Origin: Candidatus Hermodarchaeota archaeon
GTDB lineage: Archaea; Asgardarchaeota; Lokiarchaeia; Sigyniarchaeales; SOKP01
Direction of reading: 5' to 3'
Assembly: GCA_048885925.1 (NCBI GenBank)
Contig: JBHLLG010000078.1
Coordinates: 1 to 12,844 of the forward strand
DNA length: 12,844 nt
Position 1 is the first letter of the stretch, and each line of letters starts with the position of its first letter. Under the pieces are notes generated by a model that searched no databases, was not told where the DNA came from, and saw only the letters and a list, made by a program, of their open reading frames with translations. The translations under genes were made by a program, and so were the position numbers. This document shows, in pieces, positions 1 through 7,511 of the stretch.

Positions 1-205
1 TTTAAAGGTATTGGAATATTATAGATCATGGTTCTTATAGTTAAGGGATTTAAAAATAGGTTAAGAAAATGAAATTGCAGTAAACAATTAAAATATCAAT
101 TTTATCACTTTTTCATTGTTATTCTAATCCAAAAATAAAAGATATAAAATTGTAATTTTCTTATTAATTTTTATTAAAATATAATTCAAATTATAGTTAT
201 ACTAA

Positions 206-655
206 ATGCAATTAAAAGGTTTGAATTCAAAAGAATTAGAAGAGATTAAATCAATTAATATAGGTAAATGGGACATAATCTCTGAATATCATCGAATTGA
301 CTGGCTTAAAGCTGGACATAATGAAGAAGAAGCAAAGATTCATGGTATTGTGATTGCTATCGTCGGATATCAAGCCCGCTTAGGAAAAGAACCTCAGAAA
401 TATAAATTAGAACAAAAAGGAAAGGAAAAAGGTGTATCCATAACCCATAGAAAGCAAGAAAAATGGATAACAACTAAGGAATTCGATAAAATTATTAAAA
501 AAGTTGGTGAAAAATATTATGAAAGTGTTTTCTCTCCCGCAATAGAGAATCTCTATAATAAAGGTTACTCTTATGATGATGTAAAGAAAGCAGTTGAAAT
601 CCCATCAAAAATAGGAGCCAAAATAACTTTAGATAAATTTTTACCCTTTCTATAA
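206..655 (+). CDS. hypothetical protein (149 aa, soluble, Lys/Glu-rich)
   Basis: Intact ATG-TAA ORF with protein-like composition; no family I can name. Confidence 0.8.
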   Translation: MQLKGLNSKELEEIKSINIGKWDIISEYHRIDWLKAGHNEEEAKIHGIVIAIVGYQARLGKEPQKYKLEQKGKEKGVSITHRKQEKWITTKEFDKIIKKVGEKYYESVFSPAIENLYNKGYSYDDVKKAVEIPSKIGAKITLDKFLPFL

Positions 656-697
656 CACCTCATGTGCTATTAATAAAGCGATATTCCTAAAATTGAT

Positions 698-1129
698 TTA
701 GGGATATAATTGAATAAATGACGTAATAGGAAAGAAAACTATACCTAAACATATAATAAGAATATTTTTGAAAATTAGTATAATTAAGGAAAAAATAAAA
801 GATTCTCCAAGTTCCTTTTTATATACAATCTTGAGTATGAATGTCGCCAAAATACAGTCTATAATTATGATTATAACATTAGCTATCAAAATATAATTCT
901 CGAAGTCAACTAAGAGAATATCATTTAATATATATGTAGGTAATTCAATAATTAACAAAAGTAAAGAATAATAAATTAAACTCCAAATAGACACAAAAAT
1001 ATAAGCATTTTTATATGAGTTATCCCATCCCTTCCTTTCAGCCAGATATTTTACAATTATCGTATCAATTATTAATAAAATTATATTGAATTCAAGATAG
1101 TTAAATATTAGAAATGGTAAATTTGACAT
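698..1129 (-). CDS. hypothetical integral membrane protein (143 aa, about 4 TM helices)
   Basis: Four long hydrophobic stretches separated by short charged loops (LAERKGWD, KIVYKKELGES). Confidence 0.8.
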   Translation of the reverse strand: MSNLPFLIFNYLEFNIILLIIDTIIVKYLAERKGWDNSYKNAYIFVSIWSLIYYSLLLLIIELPTYILNDILLVDFENYILIANVIIIIIDCILATFILKIVYKKELGESFIFSLIILIFKNILIICLGIVFFPITSFIQLYP

Positions 1130-1220
1130 TTTTATTTTAAGTCTAATTTTTTAATTAAAAAAAAACAATTTCTGCATTTAAATGATATACTGATGATTAT
1201 TGTAATTTTACTCGAATTTT

Positions 1221-1236
1221 TTGTAAAGAATTACAA
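1221..1236. promoter_or_regulatory. palindromic candidate operator TTGTAA-N4-TTACAA
   Basis: Perfect 6-bp arms between divergent genes, just upstream of a TATA-like TTTAAATA (1253-1260); extra TTGTAA copies near 1200 and 1302. Confidence 0.35.
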
Positions 1237-1320
1237 AGTTGATGAAATATTATTTAAATATGAATTATTCCATTCTCAATCATAAAATATTTTAGATAGT
1301 TTTGTAAAAATAATCTTATA

Positions 1321-1791
1321 ATGACAATTTCCGTTCATGATTTCATTAATAAATACCAATTGGATAATTTTAACGAAATTCTTTTGTTAGAAGGAGAAAA
1401 AAAAGTTGAATTTTACAATGATTTTGATAGAATTTTGAGATCAGTCTGTAATATATTTGAAAAAATATCAAATTTAATGTCTCTACGAGGAGGGCAAGTT
1501 TTATTGGGTCTCGCTAAATTAAAAAATTCAGATACTATTATTAATAAATCAGATGTTCAGAAGTGTTTAAACATAGATAGATTTGAAAAGTTATTACATG
1601 CTTTTGAATATCTTGAAGACCAGAATTATATAAGGGTTCAAAGAAAGAATCCAAAATTTCATGTTGTAGAGTTAAATGAGAAGGATAACCCTGACTTAAA
1701 AATCTTCAAAGAAATAATCCAAAACTTTTGGATTTCTCCTCAAGAGCAAAAAATAAAATTCCAAAATTGGAGAGGAAAAAAAGATTCATGA
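1321..1791 (+). CDS. putative winged helix-turn-helix DNA-binding protein (156 aa)
   Basis: C-terminal half (INKSDVQKCLNIDRFEKLLHAFEYLEDQNYIRVQRKNPKFHVVELN) has the helix-turn-helix, L..L...gyI and beta-wing pattern of wHTH proteins. The fold call is by eye. Confidence 0.6.
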   Translation: MTISVHDFINKYQLDNFNEILLLEGEKKVEFYNDFDRILRSVCNIFEKISNLMSLRGGQVLLGLAKLKNSDTIINKSDVQKCLNIDRFEKLLHAFEYLEDQNYIRVQRKNPKFHVVELNEKDNPDLKIFKEIIQNFWISPQEQKIKFQNWRGKKDS

Positions 1792-2639
1792 ATAATAAAA
1801 CTCTAAAATCCAGATTAAGTTTTGAAAGTCATACAGATATAATAAAGTCTTTACGTATAATAAAAAAAGAATATATCAGGAATTCAATAAAAGTTTATTT
1901 TTCTTTAATTTTCATAGCTGGAGCATATTTCATCTATTTTATATTCCTTCTACAATTTTTTCCCGATATCTCAAATACTTTTATGATCGATCAAATCACA
2001 GCATGGAGTTTTTTAATTCTATATCTTCTATTTCGTTTTTTCATTTTAAGTTATATAAGGTTTTCTCCAAGCTTGATTCAATATTTGAAAGATGAGATAA
2101 ATAACTTAGGTTTTGATTTAAAGAAGAAATACAAGATTAATTTGAGCTTCTTTTTATTTAATAGTTTTTCTATACTTTTTTTTTTGATTTCTTATCTGCT
2201 TATAACTTTTATAGACGATTTTAATCTCAAGATTTTAATAATAAGAATTTTAATAATTTATTTCTTTATCAGTTTATCATATCCAATTATTAGAGGTCTT
2301 ATGCATGATAAATTCATTGTAAAATTAAAAAATGGTTATTATATTCAATTTCATTTACAGTTCAGAATTATTAAACCTAAAGGTTTGGAACCTCAATCAA
2401 TTAAAATTTTTTTGTCTTCGAATCGTTTGGGTTATAAATTTAATAATGAAAAAAAGATAATATATAACAATATTACGGAAACAAGGTGGCTTCCCAAGAA
2501 TGGAAGGAAAACTTTTCCAATTTTCTCGCTTAACCCATGCTTATATTTTCATGAATTTGCTATTCCAATTAATTTTCAAACTCAATTCTTTAATTTGGTT
2601 GAATCAATTAGAGATTGGGATCTTAAATATAAAAAATAA
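1788..2639 (+). CDS. hypothetical membrane protein (283 aa; about 4 TM helices plus soluble C-terminal domain)
   Basis: Start re-assigned to ATG 1788, which overlaps the upstream stop as ATGA (1788-1791), typical of translational coupling; purine-rich GGAGAGG upstream; four hydrophobic segments. Confidence 0.8.
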   Translation: MNNKTLKSRLSFESHTDIIKSLRIIKKEYIRNSIKVYFSLIFIAGAYFIYFIFLLQFFPDISNTFMIDQITAWSFLILYLLFRFFILSYIRFSPSLIQYLKDEINNLGFDLKKKYKINLSFFLFNSFSILFFLISYLLITFIDDFNLKILIIRILIIYFFISLSYPIIRGLMHDKFIVKLKNGYYIQFHLQFRIIKPKGLEPQSIKIFLSSNRLGYKFNNEKKIIYNNITETRWLPKNGRKTFPIFSLNPCLYFHEFAIPINFQTQFFNLVESIRDWDLKYKK

Positions 2640-2728
2640 TAAAGTTAGTATTTCTAAAAGAGATTCAACAATACAACCTCTAAATATAAGAACTACAGTA
2701 GAAAAGAACTTAACATAAAATTATATAA

Positions 2729-2998
2729 ATCAAATATCATAACTTTAATATTGCAGCTTGGAAATCTTTAGGTTCTCTCTACTATGAAAATAAAAAATTC
2801 AAAAATGCTAGAAAGGCATATAAGCATGCTATTAAGCTCGATTTCGAAGATTTCGAAGTGTGATACGAAATGGCATATATTTTTTATGAACAAGGAAATT
2901 TGAGTAAAGCCATTAAAACAAATGCTCGAAGCTTAAGAATTAACCCTCAATTTGAACCAGCCTTAAAACTACATGAAAAATTATTATCTTCTAAATAA
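2729..2998 (+). pseudogene. tetratricopeptide-repeat (TPR) gene remnant
   Basis: Not in the ORF track. Frame reads ...IAAWKSLGSLYYENKKFKNARKAYKHAIKLDFEDFEV*YEMAYIFYEQGNLSKAIKTNARSLRINPQFEPALKLHEKLLSSK*, i.e. two TPR units. TGA at 2861-2863 occupies the TPR Trp position; no ATG between the upstream in-frame TAA (2726-2728) and the first repeat. Confidence 0.8.
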
Positions 2999-3126
2999 CA
3001 CTCCTATTAGGATTGAAATATAAAAGTCAAATCTAATCACTTTTCTTCTCAAATATTATATGAACTTACCAAAAAACATCCTTGGGTAAAAATCTTATAA
3101 AAGAAATAGAAATTAATTAAATAAAA

Positions 3127-3468
3127 TTACAATATACTTTTAATTTTTTTTGCTAATTCCTGAGCATCTGCCTCGGAACTCTCAAGAATCTTGAATAATT
3201 CTTCAGGGGCAACTATCAGAGCCGCATCGATGAGCTTTTGGAGCCCAATAACCGTACTAATACGCTCATTCTTCTGAAGATGGAAAATAACTGCTCCTAA
3301 CTGATTTTTGAGCTTTCCTTTCTCCGAATTTAATGCCAAGCGTAATAGTGCGGGACACACCTCCTCCAACGTCTCATGGCTTATCCTCCTCGCATGCTCA
3401 TAAATCTCATTCCTTTGTACATCCGTTAGTTGTTTTACTTTCTCTTCTAGTTTCGATAATTGTTCCAT
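3127..3468 (-). CDS. hypothetical alpha-helical protein (113 aa)
   Basis: Intact ORF, SD-like AGGAGT at 3486-3481, amphipathic helical composition. Confidence 0.85.
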   Translation of the reverse strand: MEQLSKLEEKVKQLTDVQRNEIYEHARRISHETLEEVCPALLRLALNSEKGKLKNQLGAVIFHLQKNERISTVIGLQKLIDAALIVAPEELFKILESSEADAQELAKKIKSIL

Positions 3469-3550
3469 TTTTTGTTATCAACTCCTATAATTTTTGATTT
3501 TTTTATGTCTATTTTTAATATTTTTTGACTAATTACAATATTATCACTCT

Positions 3551-3573
3551 TATATTTAAATGTTTTCGATCAT
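3551..3573 (-). promoter_or_regulatory. candidate archaeal BRE-TATA promoter of the 113-aa gene
   Basis: Minus strand reads ATGATCGAAAACA-TTTAAATATA: purine-rich BRE-like element directly before a TTTAAATA box, about 85 nt from the start codon. Confidence 0.5.
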
Positions 3574-3981
3574 AAAAGAGATTGCTTTTCGCGAAATCTG
3601 TCAAAATTAAATTTTTAATACTTTTTTTTCTAGCGAAATGATGAAAAAATGAAAATAGGTCCGGATGGGATCTTTTTTTGTCCTATCTATTAACTCATAA
3701 TCTCCCATGATTTTAAGAGTACTCTTGATATAACCAAGTTGACCGAAAAATGAGGGAATGCATGGGGAAAGTAACTTTTCCGGAACAACACTACGAAAAA
3801 ATGATCGATATTCGACACTCAAAATTAATCCAATAATGAAAGTAATCACAATCACCGTTTTTCGTAACTGAAAATCACTATTATTATCAATTATAAATTT
3901 TTGAAACTAGTAAAATTGATGTAATAAATCATCAATTTCTATCAGAATTATATATTATGTTGATCGTTATATCGCAACAAG

Positions 3982-4008
3982 ATGATCGAAAACCGACACA
4001 TTTATATA
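3982..4008 (+). promoter_or_regulatory. candidate archaeal promoter of the 89-aa gene
   Basis: ATGATCGAAAACCGACACA-TTTATATA; TATA box at 4001-4008, about 55 nt upstream of ATG 4061. Confidence 0.5.
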
Positions 4009-4060
4009 TTATTTTTTATTATTATATCTTAGAAACAAAAAAAATGATTGAGGGAACAAG

Positions 4061-4330
4061 ATGGGTCAAATAAATACTGGTAAAAAATTGGATGAAGTGA
4101 TGGCACGTTATAAAAACATTCGTGAATGCTTAACTGGGTTGGCTGATATTGTAAGCATTAATTTTAATGAGAAGGATTTTTATCATGCAGCTGCGCTTGA
4201 TAATTTGAAGGCTTTACATGATAATATTATTGAAATGTTAAAAGCTTCTTTTACTCCTCGTGAAATTCGAATTAAATTACGGGAGCTGGAATTTGACGAG
4301 AAAGAAGCTGAGAAAGTTTTTCCTTTATAA
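4061..4330 (+). CDS. hypothetical protein (89 aa, helical)
   Basis: Intact ORF with SD-like GAGGG upstream and a T-rich tract downstream. Confidence 0.85.
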   Translation: MGQINTGKKLDEVMARYKNIRECLTGLADIVSINFNEKDFYHAAALDNLKALHDNIIEMLKASFTPREIRIKLRELEFDEKEAEKVFPL

Positions 4331-4350
4331 TTTTTTATAATTTTATTTTT
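4331..4350 (+). terminator. oligo-T tract, possible archaeal terminator
   Basis: TTTTTTATAATTTTATTTTT immediately after the stop codon; weak evidence in an AT-rich genome. Confidence 0.3.
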
Positions 4351-4534
4351 CACTTATTTTTAGATTTTATTCCATTTTCTGAGGTTTTTTCTATTTCCCA
4401 ATTGATATCTTCTTCTGCTTCGTAATACTCTTGGCAGTTCTAGCAACATTCATTTTTAATTATTTGCTTGAATCAATTCTAACAATAAATTATTGTATAT
4501 TTATATTACTACTAAATGTAAGTCCCTTTGCTAA

Positions 4535-5219
4535 TTATGATTTTAATTCCTTAAATATTTCTATTCCTTTTTCAATTCCCAGATGTAATGCTTTGATATT
4601 CATATCAGGATCTCGAAGCCATTCTTTAATTACTTCTTCATAATGTTCAATCTCGATAAATGGAATTTTTCCTGTAGGAATAGCAAAGCCTAACATGATG
4701 AGATTTACATATTGATTAGAATTGAAATAATCAAGAGATAAGTTGGTAGCATTCATAAAAAAAACTTGATTAGAGTATCCATGGAGGATTTCATTGATTT
4801 TTTTTAAAGGAGGATATTCTTCTAAATTAGCAGTAATCATAATTCCTGGAATGGTTCTTGAATTTAAAACGAAAGTTGTTTTATTTGAAGCGAAAATTCC
4901 TCTCCTCAGTGCTTCTACGGGCTCAAAACAAATATACAGATCAGCATCCCCATAACAAATTAAAGATGAATGCAAATTTTTACGCTCATCTTCAAAAATC
5001 TCCTTTTGATACCTGGTATGACTCGTGATAGCTCCTTCTCGTTGAGCAAGCCCGTGCATTAAGTGTAAAAACTTGATTTAAGTTCTATATTTCACTTCCA
5101 AAAGCCCGCTTTATTCCCGCTTTTTGAGCTGCAAATTCAATTAACCTCTTTAAAGTAATAACTCCCTGTCCTGCAGTTCCAGCTATTACTATATTTATAA
5201 TATCCGTTTCTTTAAACAA
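4535..5219 (-). CDS. iorB: indolepyruvate:ferredoxin oxidoreductase beta subunit, split gene: join(5219..5091, 5059..4535), 217 aa if spliced
   Basis: Exon 1 starts at TTG 5219 with SD AGGAGGT at 5233-5227 and encodes MFKETDIINIVIAGTAGQGVITLKRLIEFAAQKAGIKRAFGSE (the G.aGQG motif of IorB/PorC). Exon 2 begins MHGLAQREG and carries AD...FEPVEALR and NLIMLG. Lies directly downstream of iorA. Confidence 0.92.
5060..5090 (-). other. candidate 31-nt bulge-helix-bulge (BHB) intron in iorB mRNA
   Basis: Insertion AUAUAGAACUUAAAUCAAGUUUUUACACUUA with in-frame UAG; 4-bp central helix AGUG/CACU flanked by 3-nt bulges AA^A and UA^A; removal restores the frame and the motif SE-MHG. Confidence 0.85.
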
Positions 5220-5226
5220 TTCTATA

Positions 5227-5233
5227 ACCTCCT
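5227..5233 (-). promoter_or_regulatory. Shine-Dalgarno site of iorB exon 1
   Basis: AGGAGGT 7 nt upstream of TTG at 5219. Confidence 0.8.
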
Positions 5234-5260
5234 ATTTTTATAACTTTAATTTCAATTTCA

Positions 5261-7204
5261 TTAAATCTCGCGGAAAGGCACTTCCTCTGCAAATAAATTT
5301 ATAGTAGATTTACGTATTGCGCCATTTGGGCAAATTTCATAACAAACTCCACATCTTATGCACCGATCTTGATCAATTTGCATTTCTTCTATCCCGTTTG
5401 TCTCAATTCTTCTAATAGCAGGGCAGCTTAAAACCCGTGCACATTCATAGCACATTTGGCACCCTCCAATGAAATATGATACATCTTGTACTTTTTTTCC
5501 TTCTCTTTCTAATGCCCGAATTTGTTCCATACGCCATCTGTGAGCTTGAAGACCACATTCTCTTTTTACAATGATAACTTTAAACCCCTCTGTTTCTAAT
5601 GCTTCTCCAATAGATTTCACAAGTTTTTTAGGATTATATGAATCTTCCACTCTTAGCCAAGAAACACCAATAGATTTGCAAATTTCTTCGATAGAGAATC
5701 CTTTATTTAATAAATACCGAAGAACATCATTTTGATGCCCCGTCATCGCAGTCCAAGAATTTTCAAATATCATTAATAACATATTTGAGTTATATCCTAC
5801 TGCTTCGGCAAGAGGAGACAATCCGGTATGGAAAAAAGTGGAGTCTCCAATCATAGCAATTATTTTCTTATCAGTTTTTGTAGACATCCCTATAGCCGCG
5901 CTTATTCCTCCAGACATACAAATCACCAAATCACTGCATTGTTGTGGAGGAAAGAAAGACATCACATAACATCCTATATCTCCACTGATTATGGTATTTT
6001 CTAGATGATTAGTAGCCTTTAAAATTGCATAAAGCGTGGCTCTTTCGGGACATCCTGTACAGAAAGTAGGAAATCTGCTTGGGATAATCTCTTTATACGA
6101 ATTAAAATTATCAATAGCCTTATTTATTTGTTGATTAGGAGGTTTATTGAAAATCTGTGCTAAGCTTGTAACAACCAATCCCGTAGAGAATTCATTATAT
6201 TTAGGAAAATATTTTTCCCCAATGATTTCTACACTAATATTATGATTATGGGCAATTTCCGCAATTTTCATCTCCAAAAAAGGTTCTAATTCTTCGATTA
6301 TGATGACTCTTTCAAGCTTCTTGATAAAACTAGTGATTTCTGCATAATTTAGGGGATAAATCATTCCCAGTTTTAAAACTGACACATCACTTAGGTTCAA
6401 CTGATTGAGAGCTTCCATTGTATAACCAAAAGGCATTCCACTGGTAATAATTCCAACTTTATTATTACCCTCGAACACTTTATTAATCCTGAGTTCAGGA
6501 ATTGCCTCACGCAATTTCTCAATACGCTCATACAATCTAATATGGTTATTAATTGCATGTGGTGGTAATGAATTATATTTAGGGATATTTCGAATAAATT
6601 CACCTTTCTTTTTTCCCTTTGATAAAGGTTTTAAATCAACAAATCCTCTAGAATGAGCAGTTCTTGTTGAAGTACGAACATTAATAATCAAATCATACCT
6701 TTCTGAAAGATCAAAAGCAATTTTAACCCAATCCTTACATTCTTGAGGTGTATGGGGTTCTAAAGTAGGAAGATGAAGCATCCATGCGTAAAATCGTTCA
6801 TTTTGCTCTTGATGAGATCCTAATGATCCTGGATCAGAACCTACATTTATAACCATCCCTCCTGGATTAGGTCCATTTAGGGCTATCACACTTAAAGCAT
6901 CACTTGCAACATTTAATCCTACATGTTTCATAGGATTAAAACTCCTGCATCCTGTCCATGCAACGCCAGCACATGATGAAACTGCAACCGCTTCGTTTAC
7001 CGCCCATTGATGCACTAAATAATCTGCTATATTCTGATCCTTTTGTATTATTTGTTGAAAATATTCTCCAATATCACTTGTAGGAGTACCAGGATATTGA
7101 GAAACATAAGATACACCCGCTTCAAGGCATCCCCTTACGAGAGCCTCATTTCCAAGCATTAGGGCTCTACCTTCATTAATAGAAAAACGATTATCTTTAA
7201 TCAT
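5261..7204 (-). CDS. iorA: indolepyruvate:ferredoxin oxidoreductase alpha subunit (647 aa)
   Basis: LGNEALVRG..YPGTPTSDI, NEAVA, MKHVGLNVASD, SDPG..SHQEQ, FCTGCPER, GDIGCY, TPP-binding IGDSTFFHTG...N..TAMTGHQ, and C-terminal ferredoxin motifs CxxCxxC....CP and CxxCxxCxxxCP. Confidence 0.96.
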   Translation of the reverse strand: MIKDNRFSINEGRALMLGNEALVRGCLEAGVSYVSQYPGTPTSDIGEYFQQIIQKDQNIADYLVHQWAVNEAVAVSSCAGVAWTGCRSFNPMKHVGLNVASDALSVIALNGPNPGGMVINVGSDPGSLGSHQEQNERFYAWMLHLPTLEPHTPQECKDWVKIAFDLSERYDLIINVRTSTRTAHSRGFVDLKPLSKGKKKGEFIRNIPKYNSLPPHAINNHIRLYERIEKLREAIPELRINKVFEGNNKVGIITSGMPFGYTMEALNQLNLSDVSVLKLGMIYPLNYAEITSFIKKLERVIIIEELEPFLEMKIAEIAHNHNISVEIIGEKYFPKYNEFSTGLVVTSLAQIFNKPPNQQINKAIDNFNSYKEIIPSRFPTFCTGCPERATLYAILKATNHLENTIISGDIGCYVMSFFPPQQCSDLVICMSGGISAAIGMSTKTDKKIIAMIGDSTFFHTGLSPLAEAVGYNSNMLLMIFENSWTAMTGHQNDVLRYLLNKGFSIEEICKSIGVSWLRVEDSYNPKKLVKSIGEALETEGFKVIIVKRECGLQAHRWRMEQIRALEREGKKVQDVSYFIGGCQMCYECARVLSCPAIRRIETNGIEEMQIDQDRCIRCGVCYEICPNGAIRKSTINLFAEEVPFREI

Positions 7205-7212
7205 AAACCTAC

Positions 7213-7289
7213 TCTGAAATTTAATTTTAAGAATTCTTTATGAAATCTAAAATAAAAATTCACGGAATAATTATTAATTAAATTTCAGA
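7213..7289. repeat. perfect 14-bp inverted repeat upstream of iorA
   Basis: TCTGAAATTTAATT (7213-7226) and AATTAAATTTCAGA (7276-7289), 49-bp spacer. Confidence 0.6.
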
Positions 7290-7511
7290 ATATAATAGAA
7301 GTTATACAACTTGCGATTTTAGATGCGATAAAATAAGAGATTTAATAATAAACTAGAGAAAAATCTTCCTACATAGTTTTTATAATTTTTCTTTTTAATC
7401 TTTTCTATTTTGAAAATGTTACATTATATAATTCAAAACAATAAATATCATGATTAATTTCAATAATTATTAAATATGATCAAAATTAATTAGGTAGGGA
7501 TAAATTAAAAG

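Noticed and set aside
1-205. Partial gene at the left edge
   Set aside because: The minus-strand frames I read contain stops and give no recognisable protein, and the ORF track shows nothing here.
1728-1787. 20-aa N-terminal extension of the membrane protein from TTG 1728
   Set aside because: It overlaps the upstream gene; ATG 1788 with ATGA coupling is more plausible.
2500-2718. 72-aa plus-strand ORF
   Set aside because: Mostly overlaps the membrane protein gene in another frame; no motif.
2861-2863. TGA as selenocysteine or an alternative genetic code
   Set aside because: It aligns to the TPR Trp rather than Cys, the fragment lacks a start, TGA is used as a normal stop at 1789-1791, and Trp is TGG in the other genes.
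3607-3855. 82-aa minus-strand ORF
   Set aside because: GTG start without an SD, atypical composition, and it lies in a divergent promoter region; cannot be fully excluded.
4431-4643. 70-aa plus-strand ORF
   Set aside because: Antisense overlap with the iorB 3' end; TTG start without an SD.
4535-5059. 174-aa ORF as the complete iorB, or iorB as a simple frameshift pseudogene
   Set aside because: The missing N-terminus lies upstream with its own SD, and the interruption is a clean 31-nt insertion bounded by BHB cut sites. It is not a homopolymer slip or a duplication of flanking sequence.
5085-5087. UAG read-through (pyrrolysine) in iorB
   Set aside because: Read-through would meet a UAA shortly after and would not reach exon 2, which is in a different frame (31 is not a multiple of 3).
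5722-5740. Hairpin GGGCAUCA-AAA-UGAUGUUC within iorA as a second intron
   Set aside because: The frame is intact, no two-bulge geometry was found, and the protein shows no obvious insertion here.
6397-6603. 68-aa minus-strand ORF
   Set aside because: Out-of-frame shadow inside iorA.
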